A DNA stretch of 63,846 nucleotides, filler included, from Aduncisulcus paluster (Eukaryota), in the NCBI GenBank assembly GCA_024181965.1. It is 9 parts of 9 records of this genome, joined end to end, with 100 filler letters (N's around TTAATTAATTAA, not from the genome) between each part and the next. Parts side by side here need not be neighbours in the genome. Positions count along the whole stretch, not along the records: positions 18,955 to 25,454 come from BQXS01011397.1; positions 25,555 to 36,044 come from BQXS01011398.1; 7 more parts are not named here. One strand, 5' to 3'. Positions within the stretch are counted from its first letter, which is position 1. Each line of letters opens with the position of its first letter. The notes beneath the pieces are model-generated. The model did not search any database. It had not been told where the DNA came from and saw only the letters and a program-made list of their open reading frames with translations. Of the stretch, positions 23,189 through 35,113 are shown in pieces. Both the position numbers and the translations under genes were made by a program.

Positions 23189-25454
23189 ATGAAAACAAAA
23201 TCATTTCAAGACTTTCCTAAGTGGGATATTTTTCATCTCCCCGTATTGAACCATTCTGAAGGTATTTTGAGAATCCTGTTGAATTATTTCATTTTACCGT
23301 TCTTGGTATTGGCATTGTCCTCCTTATTATTTTTCGGCAACTCCAATCCCACCCTTTATGCCCAGCATCCTTCTGAATCCCTTGGTTATGCTGTTGACAG
23401 AAATGTTGGAGATGCCTTTGGACATGTCTCGGATATTACTATCTCCATGAATTGCAGTGATTGTTTCATTTCGTCCTATTCCATGATGTTGCCATCTTTC
23501 TCTTCTGACAGTTCGGGTCTGATCATTTCATTGTCTGAGTCCACGAGTAATAGTCTTTCACCTCACAATGCCCATCAATCCCCGTGTTCTTCTTGTTGTT
23601 GTCTTTGTTCTACCTGTTCCTCTACTTTTGTTCGTGGATATGATATGGCAGGCCATCCGAACAGTTATAACCTTGCCCGTGAGATCGCCAATGATCTTTC
23701 CCATAGCATCGACATTCTTTCTTGTCCCACCATGCCACTCTCAGAGGACCATTCTTTTTTGCAGCCACATCCCCTTGGTCTTCTCCTCATTGCTGCTCTC
23801 TCCATCACTCTTCTTGTTGTTTCTATTATTTCTACTATGCTTACTACTGGGAATAGAATGAACTCTATTCCTTCCATGCTCATATTCTTGGCTGTTCTGT
23901 GTGTTTCCTTCCAGTCTGTCCTTGGCTATGGTTTCTCTGAAGAATGTTCCATGTATCTCTCTGAGGAGGATCACTTGGTCTGCAATGAGGTATATCCTGG
24001 TCGTTATGCAGCCGAGTGTGAGGAAGGGTATTATTACAATGAGGCCACTTATTCTTGTGACATTGAAGATACTTCATCTCTTTGTCCAACCATTAGTGAT
24101 GAGTATCACATGTGCATCCTTGCTGATGGAGATTCATCCCTTTCCCTGGGCTGTCGATCTGCCTGGTATGGTGATGATTGTGACCAGTTATATTCCGTTC
24201 ATATCCCTGATAAGTTGTTCAGAGGTAAAGTGTGTGATGCTATAAGTAATAGTGATCCTCTTTGTGATGTCACAGAGTTTGAAATGGCTGGTATAAATGG
24301 GGAGTTTTACTCAAATAATTCCCATATTACGTCCTTTGAAGGTGCTCAGTATTTGATAAACATTTATTATTTCTCTGGACAAAATACTGATGTAACATCA
24401 GTTTATCCTATTCCTTTCCTTGAACAACTATCATACTTATATTTTCATCAGTATTTAACTACCTATAATGTCAATATTTATGATTTCAATTCCTTGTTCA
24501 CATTGAATAGATTGTATGGATTGCCTATTTGTGGGAATGAACAAATCTATGATATATCTTTCTCATTTAGGAATGTTGGATTGTATCAGATGCTTATTGC
24601 GAATACAAATTATTCTGCATTCATACCTCTCTGTAGATCAGAAAATGATAACGATTATTGGACATTTATAACGACTGTCTTTCCAATTCATAACTCTGCC
24701 TCATACTATAAGGATAAATTCTATATTCCCAATAGTTGTGCTTTGAACAATGAGGATGATTATGTATGTGACTCAGAAACATATCCAACGCAATGCCCTT
24801 CAATAGTTCTGAATGAGGTGTACAACAGTATGGATGGTGTGAATGAGAAACAATGTGCATTCATTGCGAAGGAAGGTGACAATGGTGAGTGTTACACTGT
24901 TCATGATGATTCAATTCGACAATATCTGAAGGATCAGTGTCTTTCCACTAGTGATGTTGAATCAAATGGTGTCATCAGTGTTGCCACGATGAGGAGTGTT
25001 TTGACATGTACTTCATTGTCGATTCCTTCCATTGCCACAGATAGGGGGATATCCCTGAATTCCATCACGACCCTGCAAGGTCTTGAGTATGCCACTTCAT
25101 TGACCTCTCTGACCCTTGATGAGTATGACTTGAGTGGAGATATTAATTCCAACGCTGAGTATGATAAGTTGGTTGTTCAGATCTTGGCAAAGGCTGTGAC
25201 ATATTCGAATGATTATGGTTCCATTGATTCTGGTCTCACATCTCTCTCTGCGAGTGGGTGTGGATTGAGTGCTGTCAGTGATGTGCTTGACTTGACTCCC
25301 ATTGCTTCTGGAGACTCAACCACAGACCAATTCAAACTGACATCCCTAGATCTCTCAAACAACTCCATCTCTGATGTATCTGTTCTCATCACATCATCTA
25401 TCTTCCCTGGCGATTCTTTGACTTCTCTGAATATCAGTGGCAACTCCATCTGTG
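23189..25454 (+). CDS. Cys-rich/LRR (internalin-like) surface protein, 3'-truncated
   Basis: ITSFEGAQYL, ITTLQGLEYATSLTSLTL, LTSLDLSNNSISDVSVL and LTSLNISGNSIC LRRs; EGF-like CRSAWYGDDC; several N-terminal hydrophobic segments. Confidence 0.8.
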
Positions 25455-27129
25455 NNNNNNNNNNNNNNNNNNNNNNNNNNNNNNNNNNNNNNNNNNNNTT
25501 AATTAATTAANNNNNNNNNNNNNNNNNNNNNNNNNNNNNNNNNNNNNNNNNNNNAAATTTCAAATTATTCCATCATCGAGTAATAATTTATTAGAGAATA
25601 TAAATTCATTCTTCATACATATTCTCAAATTCCGATATAGACAGCCATTTTCGCTATCTCCAAGTTAGAACATGATTTTATCAACTGAAAAATCGAAAAT
25701 GATTATTGTATAAATTATTATGATCCCGATTAACGATTCCATGCACCAGCTTCACTTCATTGGTCAAAGCCATCTTCCAAAGTCCAATTTGAGGCAAATA
25801 TTAGCGACAAGATCCTGTCATGTTCCATGAAACATTCATTAGGCATGCCATGAAACAAAGAACTGCGATGAAAATAATCTTTATCTTGCTGGAATGCACC
25901 TTTGTTATGATGAGATCGTAACCCACTTTTAGATGCTCTCTATTCCACGATTATGCTTGTCACAATATTTTCTAATAATATATTCGATGATATATATCCT
26001 TTTAATTTATATTCTATATTCTTCAACGGTATTGGTTCTCTAAAACCGATTACAAACCGATTATCGCTGAAATTTATTCCATACAATTCACATTCGATTA
26101 TATATCAACACATCTACATATCAATTCATCACTTGAAAGTGAAACAACAAGGAAAAAATGTGGTGAAGTGAAGTGAGATGATAAGCGAAGACTCGAGAAG
26201 CAGAAGAGATAACTCTGTTTTATTTCCATGTCCAATCATCTTGGTCAGCTATAGTAGGCATCTAACACCTGGGCCATATGCACCAATGAACGAGATAAAT
26301 GTGTCAATCCAGCACTTGAAACATTCATAATATTGTCGAGGTGGATATTTTTAACTATTTTTTCGCACCGGTACTGATAACTACTTGTAGGTAGTCGGAC
26401 CATGGTTTTGGCAATCTTTTGCCATAACATTCATAATATTTATTCATTAGGTTAGATCTTTGTGAAAAAACTCGTTCATTGGCCTGTTTCTCTGAGAATC
26501 TCAGGCTGAGATAAAGAGAAAGAGTTGATCAGGATTCCAACTCCCAGTGAAGTGTAGTTCATGAAAGAACAATCCACATTCATATTGTTATCCTATTTTT
26601 TGACTGAAAGAACGAAAAGAAGAAGTAAAGGAAACCGAAATTCAAAAGAAAGAGAACTTAAAAATGACGGAGGGGAAAAAATCAATAAAAAGGGATTACA
26701 CGGCAGCAGGAAAAAAAAAAATAAAAAAGGGAAAAAAATAAAAAAATAATAAAAATAGAGTCTTGAAAGATGATAATATGAAATTTCGACACTTCTCCGA
26801 GGAACCAAAGGGAATGTTAAGTATCCAAGCAAGAATATATATATTGTTTTTGATAATAGAATAATAGAAAATAATAAAAAGACATCCAAAAAAAAAAAAA
26901 AATTCAAGAAAACGGCACACAAACATCCAAAATATGATTAAAATCATTTAATAATGATTATTAATAACGATTACTGTTTTAAATGTAATTTTAGAAGGAA
27001 AAACAAACAACAAAAGTTTAATAAAGAATACAAATTATATAAAAAACTAATAAAGATAGAAAAAACCACAAATCAATATATTAATATATTTTATAATAAT
27101 TTTATAACAATTTTGAAATTATTTTTGTC

Positions 27130-29532
27130 TTAGCGCTTGCTGTTAATCTTATATGAACCAGAGTACAAATCAGCACTTCTCGCACTAGAGCTTGAATAAG
27201 TTGGAGATGAATACTTATCAACTCGTTTTGTATCCAATTTCTGCCATTCAGACCCAGATAAGGGATCATCAGATTTTCCACACTTACAGCAGGCAACCAC
27301 ACAAATGATACCGATAACGACCAAACAACTAAGCACAATCACAGCTATTGTTGATGCAGACACCTTCTTGGCGTCACACAACGTTCCCTTGTATCCCTTG
27401 TCGCATACACACATCTGGGTGTTGTCCTCATTGGAAGAACACACTCCATGCACACAGTCTCCAAGAGACACACAGGTTGGATAGGAGCAGTCATCTCCAC
27501 TCCAGTCGGTACTTGAACATTGACACGTATCGGGGGCATCACACGTCCCGTTAATACAGCCTTCAGAACAGATGGCTTCTTGGCAATGATCACCAGTCCA
27601 CCCATCAACGCATTCACAATGTCCTGCTGCCTGTGATGGATCCCCAACGCATTGGCCATTGCCTCCCATGCAGTCACAATGGTAACAAGTCTCAGCTCCA
27701 ATCATGTAACTATAGCATGTGGGTTCACTGCAATAAGAACCAATCCAATTGTTGGGATCATCGCACTCACATTCACTCGTCTCATGGTTGCATGTCCCGT
27801 TGTAACTACATATCTCATCGTCTTCATTGACAATCGTCCTCAGAGCACCAGTAAAAGGGATATCATAGAATGGGGTGAAAGCAACAGGATCATCCTTCAT
27901 ACAATTGCCATATGAACAGTTATCGGTCTCCCAGCCCGTGAAGCATGAGCAATACTGGACATTGTCGGTGGATGTCGATGAAGGATCAACCCCGTAGATG
28001 CATGAACCATGAAGAGTACCATCAACAGTGCTGCATGAATCGAGATCAAGACATAATGGGTTCGTACAACATGTTCCATCCCCAAGGTTATCCCAAGAGT
28101 AGTCACACTGGCATTCGTTAGTCCCATCTCTGTCCATGTGGGGACTTCCATGTGAGGATGGGTCAGTAGCTTGGCCACATCCAGGGACATTAGTCACTGA
28201 ACACGACCCAGTGGCATCAGTAACCCACGTGGCATTGTCGCATTGGCATTCAGCACTCCCTGTTTCGGCCACAATGGTACAATAACCATGGGAACAATCA
28301 ACACATTTGGGCAAGGAACATGAACCAATAGAATCGTACTGGTATCCTTCGTCACAGGAACAGAATATCCCAACAGTATCAAGGGTACCATTCACACAGT
28401 ACGTGGCATCGTCGACTTGGTGTGAAAACTTCATGACGTTCACTTGGGGCAAGTATTCAATAGAGTCAAGGGGATCACCAGAGACAATGGGAACATACAA
28501 GAAAATACCGTCACAAACATGACCAAGGGAAACACTAGAAATAAGGAAATCGGAGTCAAAGCCAGTGTCAGAAGGAGCATATGATTCTTGGTCACCCACA
28601 GCATCATTCGTATCAATATCTGAGAATATCTTGCTTAGGACGTTGGAAGAGGTCACAGTGAGGAGAAAACCATCTGAAGAAGAAGAAACTATCGAGCTTC
28701 CAATGTCAAGGCCTTCTCCGGACCAAAAAGTGGCGGCACCAGACGAAATAAAAAACTCACCGAAGACTGTCTTTCCGGGAATGTCACACATAAAGAACAC
28801 GGAATTTGAGTTCTCTGGTGTTGGAATGATGTATAAATTATCTGAACAAGCATGAGGATTATCCGAACTATCGACCACAGCATAGGGACCTTCAACCGAA
28901 ACAGTGTCCATACGAATCAGATAAAAGGATGTGTTATCAGAACTTGGAATAATTATTACGGCACTGGAAGGATCACTTCCACCATTGTAGAACGAAAAGG
29001 AAGAGTAATTAACTGATATTTCGGCACTCCCATCATCAATCAAAGAATATGAGTCCCATGTTATCGAAGAATCCATTAGGCTTGAGATTTCTTTCCGGTA
29101 AAATAGATTGTGACCTTCTGAAGCTTCATCGACGGGAGGATTATACCAAAACAAATACAAACTTCCATGATGGGGTATCGCAAGAATAGAATCAATGGCA
29201 GCCAATTCATCGGGAATTACAATGTTGTTGATGGTAATGGCAGTAGAGTTAATGGTCATAAGTGCAAATAAATTCATATTTTGAATTAAAACAGTATCAG
29301 AGCCAGAAATTGGAGTGATTCGGGTATTTTCACCCGTTAATTCGGCTGCAATTTCACTAGTTATTGAAAAATTGGCAGAATGTTCATAATATCCCTTTTT
29401 TCCATCAACAATGGGTCCACCAGTCCAATCTGTGAAGTTACGAAAATATTCGCAAGCCGAATTTGCCTTTACCGACAGAAAATATGATAAAATACAAAAG
29501 ATAAAGGATAAAAATAAGCTCAATTTCTTCAT
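27130..29532 (-). CDS. Tenascin/teneurin-like EGF-repeat type I membrane protein
   Basis: Signal peptide; multiple EGF repeats (CINGTCDAPDTCQC, CECVDGWTGDHC, CVCDKGYKGTLC); a TM followed by CCKC; short tail. Confidence 0.88.
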   Translation of the reverse strand: MKKLSLFLSFIFCILSYFLSVKANSACEYFRNFTDWTGGPIVDGKKGYYEHSANFSITSEIAAELTGENTRITPISGSDTVLIQNMNLFALMTINSTAITINNIVIPDELAAIDSILAIPHHGSLYLFWYNPPVDEASEGHNLFYRKEISSLMDSSITWDSYSLIDDGSAEISVNYSSFSFYNGGSDPSSAVIIIPSSDNTSFYLIRMDTVSVEGPYAVVDSSDNPHACSDNLYIIPTPENSNSVFFMCDIPGKTVFGEFFISSGAATFWSGEGLDIGSSIVSSSSDGFLLTVTSSNVLSKIFSDIDTNDAVGDQESYAPSDTGFDSDFLISSVSLGHVCDGIFLYVPIVSGDPLDSIEYLPQVNVMKFSHQVDDATYCVNGTLDTVGIFCSCDEGYQYDSIGSCSLPKCVDCSHGYCTIVAETGSAECQCDNATWVTDATGSCSVTNVPGCGQATDPSSHGSPHMDRDGTNECQCDYSWDNLGDGTCCTNPLCLDLDSCSTVDGTLHGSCIYGVDPSSTSTDNVQYCSCFTGWETDNCSYGNCMKDDPVAFTPFYDIPFTGALRTIVNEDDEICSYNGTCNHETSECECDDPNNWIGSYCSEPTCYSYMIGAETCYHCDCMGGNGQCVGDPSQAAGHCECVDGWTGDHCQEAICSEGCINGTCDAPDTCQCSSTDWSGDDCSYPTCVSLGDCVHGVCSSNEDNTQMCVCDKGYKGTLCDAKKVSASTIAVIVLSCLVVIGIICVVACCKCGKSDDPLSGSEWQKLDTKRVDKYSSPTYSSSSARSADLYSGSYKINSKR

Positions 29533-29777
29533 TTTGAAAATGTTTCAGACAAAATGATAAGGTTCTAAAATATATGAACTTAGTCAAAGAGTTATTGAAG
29601 GAAATCAATCAAAATTTTTAATAACTATTCCCAAAAATTAGCAAAATCCATTTTAAATCTATTTTTATTGATTATTTAAGTGGACTATTCATAGCCAAGC
29701 TCATTTAGTGATGATGTTGAGGAAAAATCAAAGATAATGATAAATTTGAATGATAGATATTGTTATTTTTACAAAAA

Positions 29778-30275
29778 TTACCCAATTAAATCAAGTAATT
29801 CGTCAAATAGAGCAGACTCACGACATTTGGGACGAGGTTTGAGTTGAAGGATATCTTTGGACAATATATCAGTATCTCCAAATATCTTCCTCAATGCAGA
29901 TGCACTAGCAACACCAATACAATGCCCACGCGAATGCATGGCCTCCATCAACTCAATCTGATGGTTGTCCATTAACAAAGGATTGCCAACAATGATGTGA
30001 TGTTTTTGAAGTCGCGAAACCTCAAGCACAGTTCCAGCACCGGCATGGGAAATAATCAAATCGGCGGAAAGGTAACGTTTGCTGATGTTAGGTTCAAAAT
30101 TGAATATCTCAATGGATAAAGACCTAATAGGGATAAATGAAGGTTTTTCCATCGCTCCATATTGAATGATTAACTTGGATATCCCTAATGCTTGAAGAGC
30201 CTTTTGAGAAGAAGGGGAGAGAATTTCATGAATTAAAGCTTCAAATTAGAGTTGTATAGAAACAAAACAAACTAC
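29778..30275 (-). CDS. ALG13: ALG13-like UDP-GlcNAc transferase catalytic subunit with an apparently disrupted 5' end
   Basis: ADLIISHAGAGTVLE..IIVGNPLLMDNHQIEL. The upstream in-frame FEALI..LQALGISKLIIQYG is preceded by TAA at 30246-30248 and VVCFVSI. Confidence 0.8.
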
Positions 30276-30520
30276 ATGATCATAAAATATTTGTTTATAA
30301 CCAAGAAATATGAAAAATTGGTTATGCTTGCTCTACAAATCGTTTCTTCTCTGGAATAGCATGTTCCACAAGTAAATATGGAGTATTTTTTTAGTATATA
30401 GAATCATTATTAATATTTAGAAAAAAATGACATTATTTTTAGAGTTTTTGCGGATAAATTTCGGAAATAGACTCAAGTTACTTCTACAGCCTTTTTGTAA
30501 CATAGTATATTTTAAAAATT

Positions 30521-31363
30521 ATGGGAGATGACAAATTATTTGATTTTATGTTGAGTAAGAATGAAAATCTTATCGATTCTGTTGATAGTTTCATTGATAC
30601 TAAAATATTCGTTGAGAAGGAGCGTCAAAGTATAAAACCAAGCGAAGATTCAATTATTGACTTATTTACTCGAATATATATGAGCTCACCTGCTCATCAA
30701 GTATCACAAGCGGCTTCAAAATTATCTACTATTATTGGAAGGCCATCACAGTCTCATATTCCTCCTATTGACTTCTCTTCTGAAATACCACATCCAATAC
30801 ATTGTCAACCATTCGTATCTCTTCAACCTGAATCACCAAAAGAATCTCATACTCCTCTTTTAAAACCTGTATTCCAATCAACCTTTGAACCTTCTCAAAA
30901 GGACATTTCGAGAGAAGCTATTCCGCCTTATGGACAAGGATTAGAGCCAAATCAAGATTTAGTTCTAGATAATGGAGAATTTGGCAATGTTTCATTTGAT
31001 GGAGGTTCTCTTGATGCTACTTCTGTAAAAAACCCATTTGAAATCGACAAAGAATATATCTCTCCTGAAAACCCAATTCAAAAATCTACAAAAGATAACG
31101 ATATTAAAGAAATTGAAACTGAAGCTTTCGGAACAACTGATGACGCATTTGGAACAACTGATGACGCATTCGGAACAACTGATGACGCATTCGGAACAAC
31201 TGATGACGCATTCGGAACAACTGATGACGCATTCGGAACAACTGATGACGCATTTGGAACAACTGATGACGCATTCGGAACAACTGATGACGCATTTGGA
31301 ACAACTGATGATGCATTTGGAACAACTGATGACGCATTTGGAACAACGGAAGAATTTTCTTAA
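30521..31363 (+). CDS. Protein with a DDAFGTT repeat tail; possibly a clathrin-adaptor accessory protein
   Basis: 280-aa ORF with an NPF motif, an EFG motif and repeated DAF motifs. Confidence 0.6.
   Translation: MGDDKLFDFMLSKNENLIDSVDSFIDTKIFVEKERQSIKPSEDSIIDLFTRIYMSSPAHQVSQAASKLSTIIGRPSQSHIPPIDFSSEIPHPIHCQPFVSLQPESPKESHTPLLKPVFQSTFEPSQKDISREAIPPYGQGLEPNQDLVLDNGEFGNVSFDGGSLDATSVKNPFEIDKEYISPENPIQKSTKDNDIKEIETEAFGTTDDAFGTTDDAFGTTDDAFGTTDDAFGTTDDAFGTTDDAFGTTDDAFGTTDDAFGTTDDAFGTTDDAFGTTEEFS
31124..31348 (+). repeat. 21-nt coding minisatellite (AFGTTDD)x10 plus a partial unit
   Basis: gcatt(c/t)ggaacaactgatgac units. Confidence 0.95.
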
Positions 31364-31896
31364 TTAATCGGTTGTAATTCTTAGTCTTTTGGATTTGATT
31401 AGTAATTTTGTTCTCTCCATCAGTGGAGACATCGCAATTGATGTTGAATATATATAGCCCGTGTTTGGTGGAAGTGGAAATATTCAAAATAATTCATTTA
31501 AACGTGTGATCGTTGATGTTAATGGTGTAATTAACTCAAACTCAAGGGTCAGAGATCCCAAATCGATATTTTGGGATTAAGTATGTTGGAGGTTCGGAAG
31601 CCTATGGTGGGTAACGGCAGTGAAAATGGCCACCCTGTTTTATCCTCCTCCAGAACACTATTTGTGGATCACTTTAAAAATTTCCTTGTTGTTAAAACCT
31701 TCATCGTATTGGATATCGAAATAAAAATGTTTATTTTGCTTGAGGTGGTATAATATTTTCAGAACTTCTGAATCATTACCAACGATCTCTCAGTGAGATA
31801 ATGATTATCTGATAATCTCGTCGTGGTGTCTTTATTTTTTTGAAACACATTATCTGATAATCTGCATCTTTTGTTGACACCGAATATTCAACAATA

Positions 31897-33837
31897 ATGA
31901 AATCAAGTTTATATTTCGAGCTTTTAATGATCTTTAGCCTTTATTGTTTCCAATATATTCATTCGGAGGTTGTAACAATTCCTGATTCTGCTCTACAGCA
32001 ATATCTATGTAGTTTGTTTGATGAACCATCGAATTGTATTTTGCAACAAGAAGATTTAGAAAATTTAACAATCAAATATATTGATATTGAAGGTTTGGGA
32101 ATTTCAAATCTGGAAGGGATTCAATATCTTGCGCAATCGACAAGTCTTATTGCTACTGGAAATCCAATTAGCAATTTAGATGCTCTTATAACAATGGATA
32201 ATCTCATTAGACTCTCATTTGGACCTACGGACGAGTCCTTCGATCTTTTTCCTATTTCTCAGCTGTATATACCCAATTTTAATATTTATGGTCCTATTCC
32301 TTATGTAAATCTTAGTCTTATACGCGAATTCCCCGATATTTGTAACTATTGTTTCACGATTCACAATGTAGAAAATTTCGATTTTTCTTCGTTGGTTGGA
32401 ATATCTCCAACTCAAATTGCCCTTTTCGATATGTATATTAGCGATTCGAATACTGAGTTGATTTCACAATATGTTTGTCAAGATAATTTCAACATGCAAA
32501 ACGTATCTTTTGAATCTACTCTTCCTTTGCCCTTTCAAGCTGAATCCGTCAATTTGATCGACATTAATGTGTCTGATTTGTCTTGTTTGATAAGTGTATC
32601 CTCCCTTAATACTGTTTCTATCACTTCTACTGGGTCATCTCCACTCTATTATGGTAAATTAAGCTCCTTGCCACCTTCCATCACCTCGTTCTCTGCCGAA
32701 TATGTGGATTATCCTTCATTTATTGAGGATATTTCGGCCGCTTTGCCACATTTAGAGACTCTTGTTATGATGGATATGGATTGTGACTTATCAAATCTCA
32801 ATCAAGAATATTTCAGTGATCTTGTAAGTCTTTCTATTATGCAAGAAAAGCTTAATATATTTCAATTTGATACTTATTTGCCGCCATATTTTAAGAATTT
32901 AGAAGCACTTACTCTTAAGAATCTTGGAATTCATAGGTTTTCATTTGGTGACTCCAAACATCTTGAAGAGCTTACTATCTCTAATAATCCGCTTGAGTTC
33001 GATTCAATAAGCTTTCTTCAAGACATTCCTGAATCGCTTCGGACATTGAGATTAGTATCTGTTGGTTTGTCCGCATTCCCTTTGGATTCCTTTCTTCCCT
33101 CGGGTCATACATTCACTCTTATCGATCTTTCTGAGAATATTATGTCAGATTTGAATACACTTGGGCTGGAATACGATGGGATTGTTCGGTTTGTTATATT
33201 ATTCGGAAATTATTTTAATTATTCTGAAGATATCGATTCCATTATCGAATACTTGAAATCTAATCGATTCCCTCACACAAACTTCAAGGGATTGTCTGAT
33301 AAGGAATATTATGAGCATGATGGTCATAATAATGGTCAACAACATTCAAACCAATGTGATCGTCTTCCAAGCTTCTTTGCAAATGAATCATGCAGACTTG
33401 TAACAAAGAAGAACAATCACAAACATCAATGGGTTATTGATTGTGCTTATGGCTGTTACCATGAACAGCATGACAAAACTACATGTTCTTGTGATGATAC
33501 TCATCGAAATGAATGTATTGAATGTTGGAACGATGGGAAAGGGTGCAAGAAAACTTCAGCCAGCAGCAGCAGTGTGAAATGCATCCATATCGGTAATGAA
33601 TCGGTTGGGTGGATTTGGGTAATTGTGATAATTGGAACTATTTTGGTACTGTTAACACTGTTAATTGTTTTAAAGTATTGCTGTAAAATGCAAAAACAGA
33701 ATCACATGGAAGTTGGAAAAGATGAAACACAAAGCCAAGAAAATCATGAAAAAAGTTTTCAAATAAGCGAATCAAAGAGAAAGGAAGATGAAAAAGAACC
33801 TTTGATCCCATCTTTCCTTCCCTTTTACATCACCTAG
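31897..33837 (+). CDS. LRR type I membrane (internalin-like) protein
   Basis: Signal peptide; VTIPDSAL cap; ISNLEGIQYL, LEELTISNNPL and LIDLSENIM LRRs; Cys-rich stalk; TM WIWVIVIIGTILVLLTLLIVL. Confidence 0.85.
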   Translation: MKSSLYFELLMIFSLYCFQYIHSEVVTIPDSALQQYLCSLFDEPSNCILQQEDLENLTIKYIDIEGLGISNLEGIQYLAQSTSLIATGNPISNLDALITMDNLIRLSFGPTDESFDLFPISQLYIPNFNIYGPIPYVNLSLIREFPDICNYCFTIHNVENFDFSSLVGISPTQIALFDMYISDSNTELISQYVCQDNFNMQNVSFESTLPLPFQAESVNLIDINVSDLSCLISVSSLNTVSITSTGSSPLYYGKLSSLPPSITSFSAEYVDYPSFIEDISAALPHLETLVMMDMDCDLSNLNQEYFSDLVSLSIMQEKLNIFQFDTYLPPYFKNLEALTLKNLGIHRFSFGDSKHLEELTISNNPLEFDSISFLQDIPESLRTLRLVSVGLSAFPLDSFLPSGHTFTLIDLSENIMSDLNTLGLEYDGIVRFVILFGNYFNYSEDIDSIIEYLKSNRFPHTNFKGLSDKEYYEHDGHNNGQQHSNQCDRLPSFFANESCRLVTKKNNHKHQWVIDCAYGCYHEQHDKTTCSCDDTHRNECIECWNDGKGCKKTSASSSSVKCIHIGNESVGWIWVIVIIGTILVLLTLLIVLKYCCKMQKQNHMEVGKDETQSQENHEKSFQISESKRKEDEKEPLIPSFLPFYIT

Positions 33838-34138
33838 TCCAATGAAAGGTGCTTATATCTATGTGAATGATGATTACAGTTCCCCATTTCTTCTCTTCAC
33901 TTTCACTGATTGTGATGGTAAGAAGACATTCAAGAAGTATGAATTTACAGAACCGAAACATGACTACGAATGGCACTTCCTTCCTATTGATTTGGATAAT
34001 GTTGTGTTGTGTGAGATTGAAGGGAAAGGAAGGTGGGATAAAAAGAATTGTCGAGATTTCTATATCTACTCCCTTGTATTTACAATCCCCGAAGAAAGTG
34101 AAATAATTGAACAAATTTCTCTCCTTCCATGGAAATAA
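33809..34138 (+). pseudogene. 5'-truncated copy of the lineage-specific 'MKGAYI' domain family
   Basis: HLSFPFTSPSPMKGAYIYV..LLFTFTDCDGKK..EWHFLPIDLDNVVLCEIEGKG, homologous to both domains of 51351..52430. Confidence 0.75.
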
Positions 34139-34866
34139 TCCAAGGATAATGATATTGTGTGTCAAAAGATATGGAACTTTTGTTCCATTCATCAGAAACT
34201 GCCAGTTAGAGTTTATTTATAGGACATAACAGGTTCTCGCTAAATTTTTAAACACTAGGATTTTACGATAACCAGTTTATGTGGCCCACATAATCATTAT
34301 GTCATAATATGGGTTGCTTTTCTTTCTTCTCAAGCTTGGAGGAACTCTTGAAGAAGACTATGTGTAGTTTTTTAAGATTGTATTCCGTCCCATGAATAAA
34401 TTTCTTGATTTCTAACAAGCCAGGCCGAAGTTTTTTGAATTTGTCGATTTTTGATCTGCATTGAAATACACGTCTTTATAATATATGGGTTTAAAACCAT
34501 CCATAAATGTTTTTAATGCGTGAAGATGAACAACATACAATCCTTGAAGTGTCACAGTCGATTTTTGATAATTTCGTTCATTTTTGGTTGCTGTTAGGTG
34601 TTATTCGATCACAGACCTGGCATTCTACACCTCTTTCTGCACATTATATTCGATATAGTTTCAATAATCTTTTCGTCGTATGTATTATTATCCTATTCTA
34701 TTGTTCCATGATTTGTTTGTGTCTGTTGAAGCTTACTGGTGTTGGATGAATATTTATATTTATTTTATTCGTTACATTTATTATATTTGTACCATTTATT
34801 CCACCAAATCTTGGTCATATTCTTGTAGTTTCTATCCGACAATCAAACAAAAATCGTAGGGAGCCA

Positions 34867-35113
34867 ATGAGTTCATCTGGAAGGGTTCATCTCGTGAAAC
34901 CTGAGTTTATTTATAAAGTAAGTTTGGATCGTGCCAGTGACACCTGGCCAATTCCTCTAGATGCCCCCAATATCAGGAGTGTTATGTGAGATTGAAGGGA
35001 AAGGAACCTGGGATAAAAAGAATTGTCGATATTTCTGTATCGACTCCCTTGTATTTACTATGCCAGAAGAAAGTGAAATAATTGAACGATTATCGCTCCT
35101 TCCATGGGAATAA
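34867..35113 (+). pseudogene. Internally deleted copy of the same family
   Basis: MSSSGRVHLVKPEFIY..WPIPLDAPNI (the family N-terminus) is fused out of frame to VLCEIEGKGTWDKKNC..LLPWE*; the 3' part closely resembles about 34010-34148. Confidence 0.7.

Noticed and set aside
25555-27100. ORF-poor 1.5-kb region with A-runs as a possible ncRNA or element
   Set aside because: No recognisable RNA structure, termini or protein remnant; the A-runs fit the U-rich 3' flank of the minus-strand EGF gene, as at 52720-52860.
30240-30275. Short spliceosomal intron (GTAGTT...CTAAT..AG) at the ALG13 5' end
   Set aside because: Splicing from the available ATGs leaves the frame wrong, and the segment itself encodes the conserved CFVS motif.
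31124-31348. CRISPR-like array
   Set aside because: Head-to-tail 21-nt units with no unique spacers, in frame within a CDS; no cas genes; eukaryotic context.
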